Below, in pieces: positions 9,680 to 20,108 of a stretch of DNA of 64,000 bases; positions within the stretch are counted from its first letter, which is position 1, and each line of letters starts with the position of its first letter. Source of the DNA: Gemmatimonadaceae bacterium (GTDB taxonomy: Bacteria; Gemmatimonadota; Gemmatimonadetes; Gemmatimonadales; Gemmatimonadaceae); the NCBI GenBank assembly GCA_051859245.1, contig JBHYGA010000001.1, positions 640,001 through 704,000 of the forward strand. Direction: 5' to 3'. Position numbers and translations under genes: made by a program. Under the pieces are notes generated by a model. That model had not been told where the DNA came from, did no database searches, and saw nothing but the letters and a program-made list of their open reading frames with translations.

Positions 9680-10210
9680 ATGAGCTATCTCGTGAAGCCC
9701 GCCGCCGTCCATCACATCGCTGCGCTCCCCGCTATCGAGCGCGCGGCTGCGGCGATGTTTTCGCCCGATGATCTGCCGCCTCACATGCTCGACGAGCAGA
9801 CGTCGCTCGCGCGTTTTACCGAAGCGCAGCGTGATGACCGGCTGTGGGTTGCGGTGGATGCCGCCGATCAGCCGGTTGGCTTTCTGCTCGCGGATGTCAT
9901 CGACGACACCTTGCACATCACTGAAATGGATGTGCATCCCGATCACGCGCGACGCGGGCTCGGTGCCACCATGCTTCGCCATGTGCTGCTCGTGGCCGAA
10001 CATCATGGCAATCATTCGGTCACGCTCACCACGTTTGCGCACCTTGAGTGGAACGCGCCGTTCTATCGCCGTCACGGGTTTGTTGACGTGAGCGATGCGG
10101 AGTGCGGACCGGAGCTGGCCGGTGTGCTCAAGGAAGAGCGAGCGCGCGGATTGCAGCAGCGCATTGCAATGCGCCGTTCGGTGCGTCGCACGGAACGCGC
10201 GGCGCGCTGA
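9680..10210 (+). CDS. GNAT family N-acetyltransferase
   Basis: EMDVHPDHARRGLG acetyl-CoA motif A; LTTF...WNAPFYRRHGF. Confidence 0.88.
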   Translation: MSYLVKPAAVHHIAALPAIERAAAAMFSPDDLPPHMLDEQTSLARFTEAQRDDRLWVAVDAADQPVGFLLADVIDDTLHITEMDVHPDHARRGLGATMLRHVLLVAEHHGNHSVTLTTFAHLEWNAPFYRRHGFVDVSDAECGPELAGVLKEERARGLQQRIAMRRSVRRTERAAR

Positions 10211-10227
10211 GCGTTGGTGGCGTTGGC

Positions 10228-10842
10228 GTGAAGCGGCGTATCCTGCAGGTCGCCGCGCTCGCTACGAACACACTGTGCCTCGCTGCCTGCAGCGCGAACA
10301 GATCGGCTGACCTGCCACCCGCCATTGTTGTTGGCGCGCCAGACTCCCTGATCGGACTGGTGACCGCTCACGAATCATTGCTTGATTCGCTGGAAACGCG
10401 CGAGTATGGCTACGAGGAACGCGCGCTCGCGGTTTACGCGAGGCGCGATGCGTGGTTTCTCGTGGGCACGCGCGATAGCGCACGCACATGGATTCGCGCG
10501 GCTGCCGTCGACTCTTTCATGCCGCTGGATTCACTGCTGCACGATCGATTGGCCTATCTCACAGATGCGTGGGACGGCGCGTTGCGTGTAGCGCCGGCGT
10601 TCAATGCTGCGCGCGTGCCTGTGTCCATGTCGTTGCGCGCGCCGGCACCAGATGCGGATCAAACACCGGCGCGCGTGTTGCGTACACGTCGCATGGATGA
10701 CGCCGCATGGTGGGCAGAAGTTGAAGTGATGAACACGAGTGGCTGCGATGATGACACACCGCGTGTGTTGGCCAGCGGCTGGGTGCCGCTGTGGGGAACC
10801 AATCGCGCGCCGACGGTGTGGTACTTCTCACGCGGTTGCTAA
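10228..10842 (+). CDS. Hypothetical lipoprotein
   Basis: GTG start gives MKRRILQVAALATNTLCLAAC (lipobox); ends VWYFSRGC. Confidence 0.6.
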   Translation: MKRRILQVAALATNTLCLAACSANRSADLPPAIVVGAPDSLIGLVTAHESLLDSLETREYGYEERALAVYARRDAWFLVGTRDSARTWIRAAAVDSFMPLDSLLHDRLAYLTDAWDGALRVAPAFNAARVPVSMSLRAPAPDADQTPARVLRTRRMDDAAWWAEVEVMNTSGCDDDTPRVLASGWVPLWGTNRAPTVWYFSRGC

Positions 10843-11080
10843 CCGCCACATGTCGCATCGGATAACACACACGTAGCTCTTTCGAGCGAGTGGCAGCAAC
10901 ACAACGGCATTGAAGTGGCGCTTTGCGCACCAATGCACATCGATACGTGACTTTTCGCACCAGCGATTTGTGTGGTGTCGATTACGTATCAAAGAGCGAT
11001 GCTTGCATCGTCATCACATGTGACATCGCGCGTGTGCGCATCACAACGCGACGCGCCGATCTCACACACTCAAAGGAAAA

Positions 11081-13225
11081 ATGATGTCCAGATCGTGTCT
11101 GTCCCAACGCGCGCTGAATGCAGCGCGCCTTGTCCTTGTTTCCGCGATGGTCACCGCCACGAGCGCGACAGTCCATGCACAGCAGGTTGGCGTCTCGGTG
11201 CTTCCCGGTGCGCAGCGCGTACAGTGGAGCAAGGATCTGCCGTTCGACGATGACTACATGTACGGCGGTCGCGTTGCACTGCGCTTTGGCAAGTGGGTGG
11301 AACTGCAGCCCTTCTACTTCTTCCGCGATGGCCTCGGTCTCGATTCAACGCGCGCTGTCAGCGTGTTCGGTCCGTTGTCGGCGGGAAAAGAAGTTGACAT
11401 CAAGCACTATGGCAGCTCGCTGCAGTTCAATCTTGGCGACGCGGCATTCGTGCCGTTCGCTCGCATCAGCGCGGGCGTACTGCGCCTCGAGCCAGATTCC
11501 GCCGCTCGGCAGGATCGCATTACCATGGGCGCCGGCGGTGGTGTACGGTTTGGTTTTGCAGGCTTGAATGCAGAGGTGTACGCGGAGCAAATGGGTTTCC
11601 GCATGAACCCAGGCTCCCTGTTTGGTGCGGACACTACACTCGCGTCGAACCCGATGACGCTGCGCAACTTCGTGTACGGAGCGGCGGTCACGATTCCGTT
11701 GAGCACCATGCGTGACGACGAAGGCAACGCGGGTGGATTGAGCGGATCATCAGCGCCACTGGAACCGTTTGTTGGGCGACTGCGATACGCGGGTGAGCAT
11801 GGCCTGCCAGATCTGGAACTTGCCGGCGTGCGCGCAGGCATCGACTTCTCGCCCGTCTTTGGCATTCGCGGCTTTTACTGGCGCGGCCTGAATGATGATC
11901 GGGATGGCCCAGCGCCTGTTGCCGGTTACGGCGGTGAAGGTCAGTTCAACCTGTCCACCGGAGCCGGACTGTCGCCGTACCTGATCGTTGGTGCCGGCCA
12001 GATTGACTACAAGGACGATTTCGTCGATTCGCTCGGCGTGTCACGCGTTGACAAGACCGCGCTGATTCTTGGTGCCGGAGCCAGCTTCCGATTGACGGAT
12101 CGCTTGCGCATTAATGGTGCGGTGCGCGATTACGTCATGACCGTCGACGAAAATCTCGACGATGTCGCCACCACAGGCGACCTCACGCACAATACCATGA
12201 TCACGGCCGGTCTCACGATCAGCTTTGGTGGAAAATCCACGCCATCGTCGGCGCAGCGTGAGCGCGAGCGTGATGAAGAGTTGCGCGAACTGCGTGCCGA
12301 GCGAGATCGGGCTGAGCGGATGCGCGATCCGCGCGACCGCATGATGGACCGTGACAGCATGATGATGCGTGATCGCATGCTTGAGCGCGAGCGCATGATG
12401 GATCGCGACGCGCGTGTTGGTCGCATGATGCAGGACAGTGTGCGCGTCTATCGCGATTCCACGGTGATCATGTCGCGCCCGTCAATGCGTGGTGGTTCGC
12501 CGGACGTGCAGTGGATTACGATTCCGGTTCCTTCGCAGGGCGAAATCATTCTGCGCTACGGCCTGCCGGTTCGCGCTGGAGATAGCACGACCGTTTCACG
12601 TGATACCGTAATGATGCGTTCAGGTACGCCGCCGTCGGGTGACCTGGCCGCGCAGTTGCTCGAGATCGAGCGTCGTCTCACGGCACGTATTGATGCCATG
12701 CAGCGCCAGACGCTCACGGCACCGTCCACGCCTAACGTCACGGTCGTAACGCCGGAAACACGCAACATGGTCGTGCAGGATCGTGACAATCTTCCGGTAT
12801 TCCAGCGTCTTCAGCGTACGCGTACCGCCGACCTGCGTCCGTATGTCGGGTTGGGCTTCGACGACGGTGATGCGCAGCTGATTCTCGGCACGCGGGCCGA
12901 CCTCGGCCCGATCAGCGCCGGCAGCGGCTTCAACTTTGTGCCGGAGCTCGCGGTGGGTGTGGGCGGCGGCGACGTGTCAGTGCTCGCCATGGCGAACGTG
13001 CAATACGCGTTCGGTTCGGTGGGTGGCACGAATGCATTCCGTCCGTACGTCACGGTGGGCGGCGGCATCTATTCGCCCACGGTGCTCGGCATCAATACCG
13101 CCGTGGGTACCTCGTACCAGCTGCGTACCGGGGCGGAAAAGCCGCTGTTCCTCAATGTTGAGCTGCAGGGCATCAACCTGTTCAGCAAGACGCGTGTTCT
13201 GGTTGGGTTGAGCCGCAGTCGGTAA
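11081..13225 (+). CDS. Outer-membrane protein, probably three beta-barrel domains with a charged Met-rich linker
   Basis: AAGGA RBS; signal peptide (VHA-Q); three blocks of amphipathic strands (FVPFARISAG, LSPYLIVGAG, FRPYVTVGGG); coiled-coil/low-complexity linker before the third block. Confidence 0.75.
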   Translation: MMSRSCLSQRALNAARLVLVSAMVTATSATVHAQQVGVSVLPGAQRVQWSKDLPFDDDYMYGGRVALRFGKWVELQPFYFFRDGLGLDSTRAVSVFGPLSAGKEVDIKHYGSSLQFNLGDAAFVPFARISAGVLRLEPDSAARQDRITMGAGGGVRFGFAGLNAEVYAEQMGFRMNPGSLFGADTTLASNPMTLRNFVYGAAVTIPLSTMRDDEGNAGGLSGSSAPLEPFVGRLRYAGEHGLPDLELAGVRAGIDFSPVFGIRGFYWRGLNDDRDGPAPVAGYGGEGQFNLSTGAGLSPYLIVGAGQIDYKDDFVDSLGVSRVDKTALILGAGASFRLTDRLRINGAVRDYVMTVDENLDDVATTGDLTHNTMITAGLTISFGGKSTPSSAQRERERDEELRELRAERDRAERMRDPRDRMMDRDSMMMRDRMLERERMMDRDARVGRMMQDSVRVYRDSTVIMSRPSMRGGSPDVQWITIPVPSQGEIILRYGLPVRAGDSTTVSRDTVMMRSGTPPSGDLAAQLLEIERRLTARIDAMQRQTLTAPSTPNVTVVTPETRNMVVQDRDNLPVFQRLQRTRTADLRPYVGLGFDDGDAQLILGTRADLGPISAGSGFNFVPELAVGVGGGDVSVLAMANVQYAFGSVGGTNAFRPYVTVGGGIYSPTVLGINTAVGTSYQLRTGAEKPLFLNVELQGINLFSKTRVLVGLSRSR

Positions 13226-13240
13226 AAGTTGTCTCACGAT

Positions 13241-13278
13241 GGAAAACGCCGCCGACATCATTGTCGGCGGCGTTTTTC
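13241..13278 (+). terminator. Rho-independent terminator
   Basis: GAAAACGCCGCCGACA-TCAT-TGTCGGCGGCGTTTTTC hairpin with T-tract, just after stop 13225. Confidence 0.85.
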
Positions 13279-13327
13279 GTTTTCCGAAGCAGGTTGAGCA
13301 CCTCGCCACCGTGCCGTATCGTATGGT

Positions 13328-13732
13328 ATGACCTCGCCTGTTCCTCGTGTTGGTGTTGGCGTACTTGTGGTTCGCGACGAGCGCGTGCTGCTCGGACGGC
13401 GCCTTGGAGCGCACGGTGCTGAGACGTGGGCGCCGCCTGGCGGAAACCTCGAGTTTGGTGAATCCATCGAGCAGTGCGCCGCGCGCGAGCTGCGTGAAGA
13501 AACCGGCCTGATGACAAATGCAGTCGCGCTCGGGCCGTACGTGAACACGGTGTTCACAGCCGAATCCCTGCACTACGTCACGCTGTTTGCGATCGTGCGT
13601 GACGGACAGGGCACGCCACAGGTTCTTGAACCACACAAGTGCGCGGAGTGGCGCTGGTTTTCGTGGTCGGCGCTACCGGAGCCGCTCTTTCAACCGCTTG
13701 CGACGTTGCAAGCAACCGGGTTTGTGCTATGA
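13328..13732 (+). CDS. NUDIX hydrolase (NUDT15/MTH2-like)
   Basis: PRVGVGV; Nudix box GGNLEFGESIEQCAARELREETGL; EPHKCAEWRWF. Confidence 0.9.
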   Translation: MTSPVPRVGVGVLVVRDERVLLGRRLGAHGAETWAPPGGNLEFGESIEQCAARELREETGLMTNAVALGPYVNTVFTAESLHYVTLFAIVRDGQGTPQVLEPHKCAEWRWFSWSALPEPLFQPLATLQATGFVL

Positions 13733-15081
13733 TCGCTTTGGCTCTACTAGCGCCTGTTGTGAAACGCATTTGCACACCTATCGCGACACGCCGGTCGACA
13801 GGCGCTTCCAGGCGCATCGCAGCAGCCTTCGTCGCCAGCGTCTTGACCGTGTCGTCGTTGTCGGGTTGTAATCAAACCCGCGAGCGCAGCAACGAACCCG
13901 TCTCCGTGATCGATTCTGCTGGCGTCACCATTGTGGTGAACCGGGCACCGCTCTGGAGTGCGGACAGTGGATGGCGTGTCGACGGCACTCCGATCGTGAG
14001 TATCGGTGGCGCCGACGCGGATACGAATCAGCACTGGAAGCGATTCGAACATGTGCAACGGATGTCCGACGGACGCCTTGTCATTGCCGTCGAAGGAGAG
14101 CTGCGTTGGTTCGATAGCAACGGGAATTACCTGCAGACGTCAACGCGCAGCGGCGATGGTCCCGGTGAGTTTCGCGGCTTCGGTGCCGTGCACAGACTGG
14201 CAGGTGACTCCCTACTCGTGGCGGATCGAATGGGTCTCAGGCGCGCGGTCTACGCGCCGGATGGCTCGTTGGTACGGGAGTGGCGGGACGAAACTGCGAA
14301 ACTTCGCGCGCTCGGCAAGTGGACCGAATGCTTTTCGACCACGCTTGCCGATGGAAGTTGGATCAGCTGCCAGCATGACGCGTCGATTCCCCTCTCCGCG
14401 ACCAATCGGCCGGATCGCTTCATCAAGGAAGGATGGACCTCCCCAGGCCCCGGACTCCTGCGACAGCTGCGCCGCATCCATATCGCGTCGCCGGATCGCG
14501 ATGCTTCGTATCCGCTCGGTATCGACGCGGGCATTGAACAGTTCGGATTCGACGTTGGTGACATGACGCAGTTCGTTGTGCATCCCTTCCACGCGCGATC
14601 GGTTACAGTGGGTGGGGGCGATCCGCTGCGCGTAGCGATCGCTACCAATCCTCAGTACCGCATTGAAATCTGGACGGTGAACGGCAGACTGGAGCGCATC
14701 ATTGAGCGCGAGAACGGTCGACGTGCGCCGAACGATGCCGAACTAGCCGACGTACCCGCGGCCCTTGCGCGCGCTCTGCCGATCAATGATCCAGCGCTGA
14801 CGGCAATCATGCTGGACAAGGTACCAACACCGGATTCGTTGCCGGCTGTGATCTTCATGACGTTCGGCAGTCGTGGTGAGTTGCTGGTAATGCGCGAGGG
14901 ACATCAGCCGTCGCATACGCATTCCGTGTACGATGTCTTTCAGGCCGATGGCCGCTGGCTTGGCACTCTGCGCATTCCCGGGAAAGTCTACGTGCGCGAG
15001 TTGGACGGCGACGTGTTAACGGTTGCGCGCGTAAACGACGATGGCGTCATGCTCGCCGAGGTGTACGCCCTCCGGCGTTAG
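13729..15081 (+). CDS. 6-bladed beta-propeller lipoprotein-like protein
   Basis: ATGA overlap with the NUDIX stop; LSGC lipobox-like; DSAGVTIVVN, GDGPGEF, YDVFQADGRWLG motifs typical of these propellers. Confidence 0.7.
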   Translation: MIALALLAPVVKRICTPIATRRSTGASRRIAAAFVASVLTVSSLSGCNQTRERSNEPVSVIDSAGVTIVVNRAPLWSADSGWRVDGTPIVSIGGADADTNQHWKRFEHVQRMSDGRLVIAVEGELRWFDSNGNYLQTSTRSGDGPGEFRGFGAVHRLAGDSLLVADRMGLRRAVYAPDGSLVREWRDETAKLRALGKWTECFSTTLADGSWISCQHDASIPLSATNRPDRFIKEGWTSPGPGLLRQLRRIHIASPDRDASYPLGIDAGIEQFGFDVGDMTQFVVHPFHARSVTVGGGDPLRVAIATNPQYRIEIWTVNGRLERIIERENGRRAPNDAELADVPAALARALPINDPALTAIMLDKVPTPDSLPAVIFMTFGSRGELLVMREGHQPSHTHSVYDVFQADGRWLGTLRIPGKVYVRELDGDVLTVARVNDDGVMLAEVYALRR

Positions 15082-15087
15082 CCCTGC

Positions 15088-16035
15088 CTACGCAATCACG
15101 TTGAGCGCCATCGGCCGCACCCGCACCTCAAGCGACGTATTGCTCGCCTGATACAACTCTCCATCCGCCTGATACATCGGCGGCGCAGGAAATTGCAACG
15201 TCACTCCTTCGTGCTGCGTGTACCGCACTTCCGGCGCGCTTACGTGCCGACCAAACGGCGCCCCTCCAAACAACTGCGCACGCCGCAGCGGTGATCCATC
15301 CGCGATCGCGACAAGATCCAGCGCCCCGTCGCTGAGCGACGCCTCCGGTGCAATGCGAAACGTGCCGCCAAACCATTGGCCGTTCGCGATCACGACCGTG
15401 AGCCAATGTTCGTTTTCGCCGGTGCCCTTGCCAACTGCACTCGACGACGTGCGCGCATTCCACGCCGTCGTTGTCGCCGCGTCTCCTGACGATACAGCGG
15501 CCGTGAATCCGCGATACCGAAACAACTGCCCCATCGCCGTAACCGCATACAACACATCACCACGCAACCAACGCGCTTTCAGCGTGCGCTCCAGCACTGC
15601 TACATCAAACCCAACGCCCGCCGCATTCACGAACACCCGCCCGTCAATCTCACCCACATCAATGCGCCGCACTTCACGCGCGGCAATCCGCTCGGCCATC
15701 GCGGCGTAGTCGAACACCGGCGCACCTAACGACTTCGCCAGATCATTTCCGGTGCCAGCACCGAGAATCGCCAAGGCCGTATCACCACCGGTCTCAACGA
15801 GTGCGGCAGCAACTCGAGAAATGGTACCATCACCACCGAGCACAACCAGCGTGCGCACGCCATCGTGCACCGCTTCGTGCGCCAGTCGCGCTTCATCACC
15901 GGCCGCACGTGTGGTCACCACGTCAAACGGCCCAACATGCACAAGTGCATGTCGGGCCGCTTCCAGTCGACGGAGCGCGCGACCGCGCCCCGCCGCCGGA
16001 TTCACCAGCAGTCGTACTGGTGCGCTCAGTGTCAC
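15088..16035 (-). CDS. Diacylglycerol/lipid kinase family (YegS/DgkB-like)
   Basis: [32 protein letters not shown] motifs. Confidence 0.9.
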   Translation of the reverse strand: MTLSAPVRLLVNPAAGRGRALRRLEAARHALVHVGPFDVVTTRAAGDEARLAHEAVHDGVRTLVVLGGDGTISRVAAALVETGGDTALAILGAGTGNDLAKSLGAPVFDYAAMAERIAAREVRRIDVGEIDGRVFVNAAGVGFDVAVLERTLKARWLRGDVLYAVTAMGQLFRYRGFTAAVSSGDAATTTAWNARTSSSAVGKGTGENEHWLTVVIANGQWFGGTFRIAPEASLSDGALDLVAIADGSPLRRAQLFGGAPFGRHVSAPEVRYTQHEGVTLQFPAPPMYQADGELYQASNTSLEVRVRPMALNVIA

Positions 16036-18803
16036 ACCTTGTTTGACGCCAACTGACGCAGCACGTAATGCAGAATGCCACCGTGTGCGTAGTACTGCAG
16101 CTCTTCCGGCGTATCAATGCGACAACGCACGGCGAACGTCGCCACTGATCCATCGGCGCGCGTTGCGTGCACCGTGAGCGTGGCACGATGCGAGAGCGTC
16201 GAATCGAGCCCGGCGATCGTGATCGTTTCGAAACCGGTCAGGCCGAGTGTCTGACGCGTCTGGCCATCCGTAAACTCAAGTGGCAACACACCCATGCCCA
16301 CAAGATTCGAGCGGTGAATGCGCTCAAACGACTCGGCAATCACGGCGCGCACGCCGAGCAACGCCACACCCTTGGCCGCCCAGTCGCGCGACGAACCCGT
16401 GCCGTATTCCTTGCCCGCAATAATCACCAGCGGTGTACCGGCCGCCTGCCACTCCATGGCCGCGTCGTACAACGCTACCGCTTCGCCGCCCGGCGTGGTG
16501 GCTGTCCACCAGCCTTCCTTACCCGGCGTGAGTTCGTTCTTGAGACGAATGTTCGCGAGCGTACCGCGCATCATCACTTCATGATTGCCGCGACGTGAAC
16601 CGTACGAGTTGAAGTCCGCACGCTCCACACCCTGCGACTGCAGCCACTTGCCCGCGGGCGACGCACCAGCAATCGCACCGGCCGGTGAAATGTGGTCGGT
16701 GGTAATGGAATCGCCGTACATGCCAATCACACGCGCGCCGGCAATCGGCTGCACACCGGGTGGCGTCATCGTCATGCCTTCAAAGTACGGCGGATGCTGC
16801 ACGTACGTGCTCGACTCACTCCAGGTATAGCGATCACTGCTCGGCGCGTTGATCTGCTGCCACAGCGCGTCACCGTCAAACACATTCGCGTACTGTTCCG
16901 TGAACTGTTCGCGCTTCACACTCGTGAGAATCGTGTCCTGCACCTCCTGCGCGCTTGGCCACACGTCACGCAGGAACACCGGACCGTTCGCACCAACGCC
17001 GAGCGGCTCTGTGGCAAAGTCAATGTCCATGCGACCCGCCAACGCGTACGCCACAACCAGTGGCGGTGACGCCAGGTAGTTGAAGCGCGTGAGCGGATTG
17101 ACACGACCTTCAAAGTTGCGATTGCCGGAGAGCACGGCAGCAACATTGAGCTTGCCCTGTTCAATCGCTTCCGTGATGGGCTCGGGCAGCGGACCAGAGT
17201 TGCCAATGCACGTGGTGCAGCCGTAGCCCACGGTGTTGAAACCGAGTGCATCAAGCGCTGGCGTGACACCCGCCTTGTTGAAGTACTCGGTAACAACCTT
17301 CGATCCCGGCGCGAGTGACGTCTTCACCCACGGCTTCGTGCGCAATCCCTGCGCCACGGCCTTCTGGGCGAGTAGGCCGGCCGCGAGCATCACGCTCGGA
17401 TTCGAGGTATTCGTGCACGACGTGATTGCGGCAATCACCACATGACCGTGATTCATCGTGAACTGTTCGTCGCGATACGAACACGCCACACCGGAATCCA
17501 CCACGTCCACCGGCGCACCTTCCGCAACCATCGTGGCTTCGGCACTGCCAGGCGCAGGCTTCGCCGCCGCAACAGAAGGCGCGAGCTGCGACGCCAACTG
17601 CTGCGCCAGCGCTTCGCGGAACATCTTCTTGGACGCGCTGAGTGGCACGCGATCCTGCGGACGCTTCGGGCCGGCGAGGCTCGGCTCCACCGTGCTCAGA
17701 TCCAGCGACAGCGTATCGGTGAACTCCGGATCGGGCTGATCATCCGTGCGGAACAACCCCTGCGCCTTGCAGTACGCTTCCACCAACGCCACCTGTTCAT
17801 CACTGCGGCCCGTGAGACGCAGGTACTTGAGCGTTTCTGCGTCGACCGGGAAGAAGCCCATGGTCGCTCCGTATTCCGGCGCCATGTTCGCGATCGTGGC
17901 ACGATCGGCCAGCGACAACGACGAAATGCCGGGGCCGTAGAACTCAACAAACTTGCCCACGACTTTCTTTTTGCGCAGCATCTCCACGCACGTGAGCACG
18001 AGATCCGTGGCTGTTGCGCCTGCAGGCAGCTTGCCATGCAAACGGAACCCCACCACTTCCGGCACGAGCATCGACACCGGCTGACCAAGCATGGCCGCTT
18101 CGGCTTCAATACCACCCACGCCCCAGCCAAGCACACCGAGACCGTTGATCATCGTGGTGTGCGAGTCGGTGCCGACGAGCGAGTCGCAGTAGGCCAGCGT
18201 TTCGCCGTCTTGCTGCATGGTGAACACCACGTGCGCGAGGTACTCGAGATTCACCTGATGGCAAATACCCGTACCCGGCGGCACCACGCGGAAGTTGTTC
18301 AGCGCCTGCTGTCCCCACTTGAGAAACTCGTAACGCTCCGTGTTGCGCTCAAACTCCTTCTCCACGTTCAACAGCGCCGAGGCTTCGGTGCCGTACTCGT
18401 CCACCTGCACGGAGTGATCGATGACCAGATCCACGGGCTGCAGCGGATTAATGCGCGTGGGGTCGCCGCCCAGTTTTACGATGGCATCACGCATGGCCGC
18501 GAGATCCACCACGCAGGGCACGCCGGTGAAGTCCTGCAACAAGACGCGTGCGGTACGAAACGCGATTTCCTTGTCGACGGGACGCGTGACATCCCAGCGC
18601 GCGAGTGATTCGATGTCGCTGCGATGCACAAACGCCCCGTCTTCACCACGCAGCAGATTCTCGAGCAGAATCTTGAGCGAAAAGGGAAGCGAGGCGATGC
18701 GATTGCCGTCGAGTGATTCGAGGGCGCCAAGACGGTAGTACGAGTACGACCGCGAACCCACCGTAAGTGAGGCGCGGCTGCCGAACGAGTTGGGATGTGT
18801 CAT
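16032..18803 (-). CDS. acnA: Aconitate hydratase A
   Basis: [48 protein letters not shown] (three Fe-S Cys), [12 protein letters not shown]. Confidence 0.97.
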   Translation of the reverse strand: MTHPNSFGSRASLTVGSRSYSYYRLGALESLDGNRIASLPFSLKILLENLLRGEDGAFVHRSDIESLARWDVTRPVDKEIAFRTARVLLQDFTGVPCVVDLAAMRDAIVKLGGDPTRINPLQPVDLVIDHSVQVDEYGTEASALLNVEKEFERNTERYEFLKWGQQALNNFRVVPPGTGICHQVNLEYLAHVVFTMQQDGETLAYCDSLVGTDSHTTMINGLGVLGWGVGGIEAEAAMLGQPVSMLVPEVVGFRLHGKLPAGATATDLVLTCVEMLRKKKVVGKFVEFYGPGISSLSLADRATIANMAPEYGATMGFFPVDAETLKYLRLTGRSDEQVALVEAYCKAQGLFRTDDQPDPEFTDTLSLDLSTVEPSLAGPKRPQDRVPLSASKKMFREALAQQLASQLAPSVAAAKPAPGSAEATMVAEGAPVDVVDSGVACSYRDEQFTMNHGHVVIAAITSCTNTSNPSVMLAAGLLAQKAVAQGLRTKPWVKTSLAPGSKVVTEYFNKAGVTPALDALGFNTVGYGCTTCIGNSGPLPEPITEAIEQGKLNVAAVLSGNRNFEGRVNPLTRFNYLASPPLVVAYALAGRMDIDFATEPLGVGANGPVFLRDVWPSAQEVQDTILTSVKREQFTEQYANVFDGDALWQQINAPSSDRYTWSESSTYVQHPPYFEGMTMTPPGVQPIAGARVIGMYGDSITTDHISPAGAIAGASPAGKWLQSQGVERADFNSYGSRRGNHEVMMRGTLANIRLKNELTPGKEGWWTATTPGGEAVALYDAAMEWQAAGTPLVIIAGKEYGTGSSRDWAAKGVALLGVRAVIAESFERIHRSNLVGMGVLPLEFTDGQTRQTLGLTGFETITIAGLDSTLSHRATLTVHATRADGSVATFAVRCRIDTPEELQYYAHGGILHYVLRQLASNKV

Positions 18804-18974
18804 GAGGCACGAGAGTACGGCGCGCGGAACCCTTCGGGTGTCCGTCACGGCGTCCGGAGTGGAGCCACTCGCCGCCCAGTCCGGGCAACCCGCGGTCGCG
18901 GCGAGGCTACGTGTAATCTAGTGGCCCGACGCAATGCTCGGCCAACTGCCGGTCAGGCCGTGGGCATCGCTCGC

Positions 18975-20075
18975 TCAGTCTGCGCCGACCTGAGCCAGCG
19001 CCGAGGGGGGCGTCAGGTGACGGTCTCGGCTCCGCACCGAGATGGCGCCGGTCGGACACTGCCGCACAAACGAGCCGTCGGCCGGGCTCCACTCGAGATT
19101 CGGGGTGGTAGCGAAGGCTTTGCCGCTGGCGTCGATGGCCATCAGGTGCGGAGCCTGCGCTACGCACTGACCGCAGCCAACGCAGGCGTCGCGGTTCACA
19201 CTGATCGCAATACGACGACGCGGAAAGACGCCGCCGCGCGCACTGAGCACCTTGTCAAAATCCAACAGCGCTTCGTTCATGGCATCGTAACCGAGCTGCA
19301 GCAACTCGGCGGTGTGCTGAAAGCCAAACCATGAAATGTGCGACACGCGCGGCCGCACCAGCAGCATAGGCGGACCTTGCCAGCGTTCGAGTACACGCGA
19401 CTGGAGCGCATGCATCATGAGTGTGGCGGCGCGCATGTACACAGACGCAAAGCCCTGTTGCGCAATTCCCGCCGCCGCCGGCACGTCACCGATTCCCACG
19501 TCGATCGCGATGACCGCGTCTACACCGAGCGACGCGATGCTGACCGGCAGGTTGTCCGTGGTGCCACCATCAATGCACGGACGTCCGTTCACCACGCCCG
19601 GCGGAAAGAATCCGGGCAGTGCGCACGACGCATACACCGCGTCCCGCACACTGACATTGCGCATGCCGGGCGTTCCCCAGACGACTTCGAGACCCTGCTC
19701 AATGTCCACCGAGGTGACAAGGAGCGGCGTGCGCAGTTCCGCGAAGGTCCCTTCGGGCACCACGTGATCGCACAGCGCACGCAGCGGCGCTTCCAGGTAG
19801 ATGGACCGCGACTGCATGCGGTCCATGAGCATGCCCATGTGATTGATGCGAAACAGATCCTTCCGTCGCAGCGCGATGGCGCGTTCGGCCATCGTGTTGA
19901 CGTCCATCCCGCCGGCCGCAGCGGCGGCGACAAGCGCCCCAATGCTGGAGCCTGCAAAGACGCTGGGTTGGACACCATGTTCGGCCAGCGCGCGCAACGC
20001 GCCGATGTGTGCGAAACCCTTTAGCGCACCGCCGCCGAGGACGAGGGCAATTCGCGGAGTCGAGGTCGGTGTCAT
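18975..20075 (-). CDS. Patatin-like phospholipase fused to a C-terminal ferredoxin domain
   Basis: GGGALKG, GSSIG and DGG catalytic motifs, followed in frame by DACVGCGQC...CPTGAISV. True start is ATG 20075; the longer ORF is antisense to the response regulator. Confidence 0.88.
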   Translation of the reverse strand: MTPTSTPRIALVLGGGALKGFAHIGALRALAEHGVQPSVFAGSSIGALVAAAAAGGMDVNTMAERAIALRRKDLFRINHMGMLMDRMQSRSIYLEAPLRALCDHVVPEGTFAELRTPLLVTSVDIEQGLEVVWGTPGMRNVSVRDAVYASCALPGFFPPGVVNGRPCIDGGTTDNLPVSIASLGVDAVIAIDVGIGDVPAAAGIAQQGFASVYMRAATLMMHALQSRVLERWQGPPMLLVRPRVSHISWFGFQHTAELLQLGYDAMNEALLDFDKVLSARGGVFPRRRIAISVNRDACVGCGQCVAQAPHLMAIDASGKAFATTPNLEWSPADGSFVRQCPTGAISVRSRDRHLTPPSALAQVGAD

Positions 20076-20108
20076 GCGGCGAGCACGAGGCACTGGTAGA
20101 TTGCAAAC

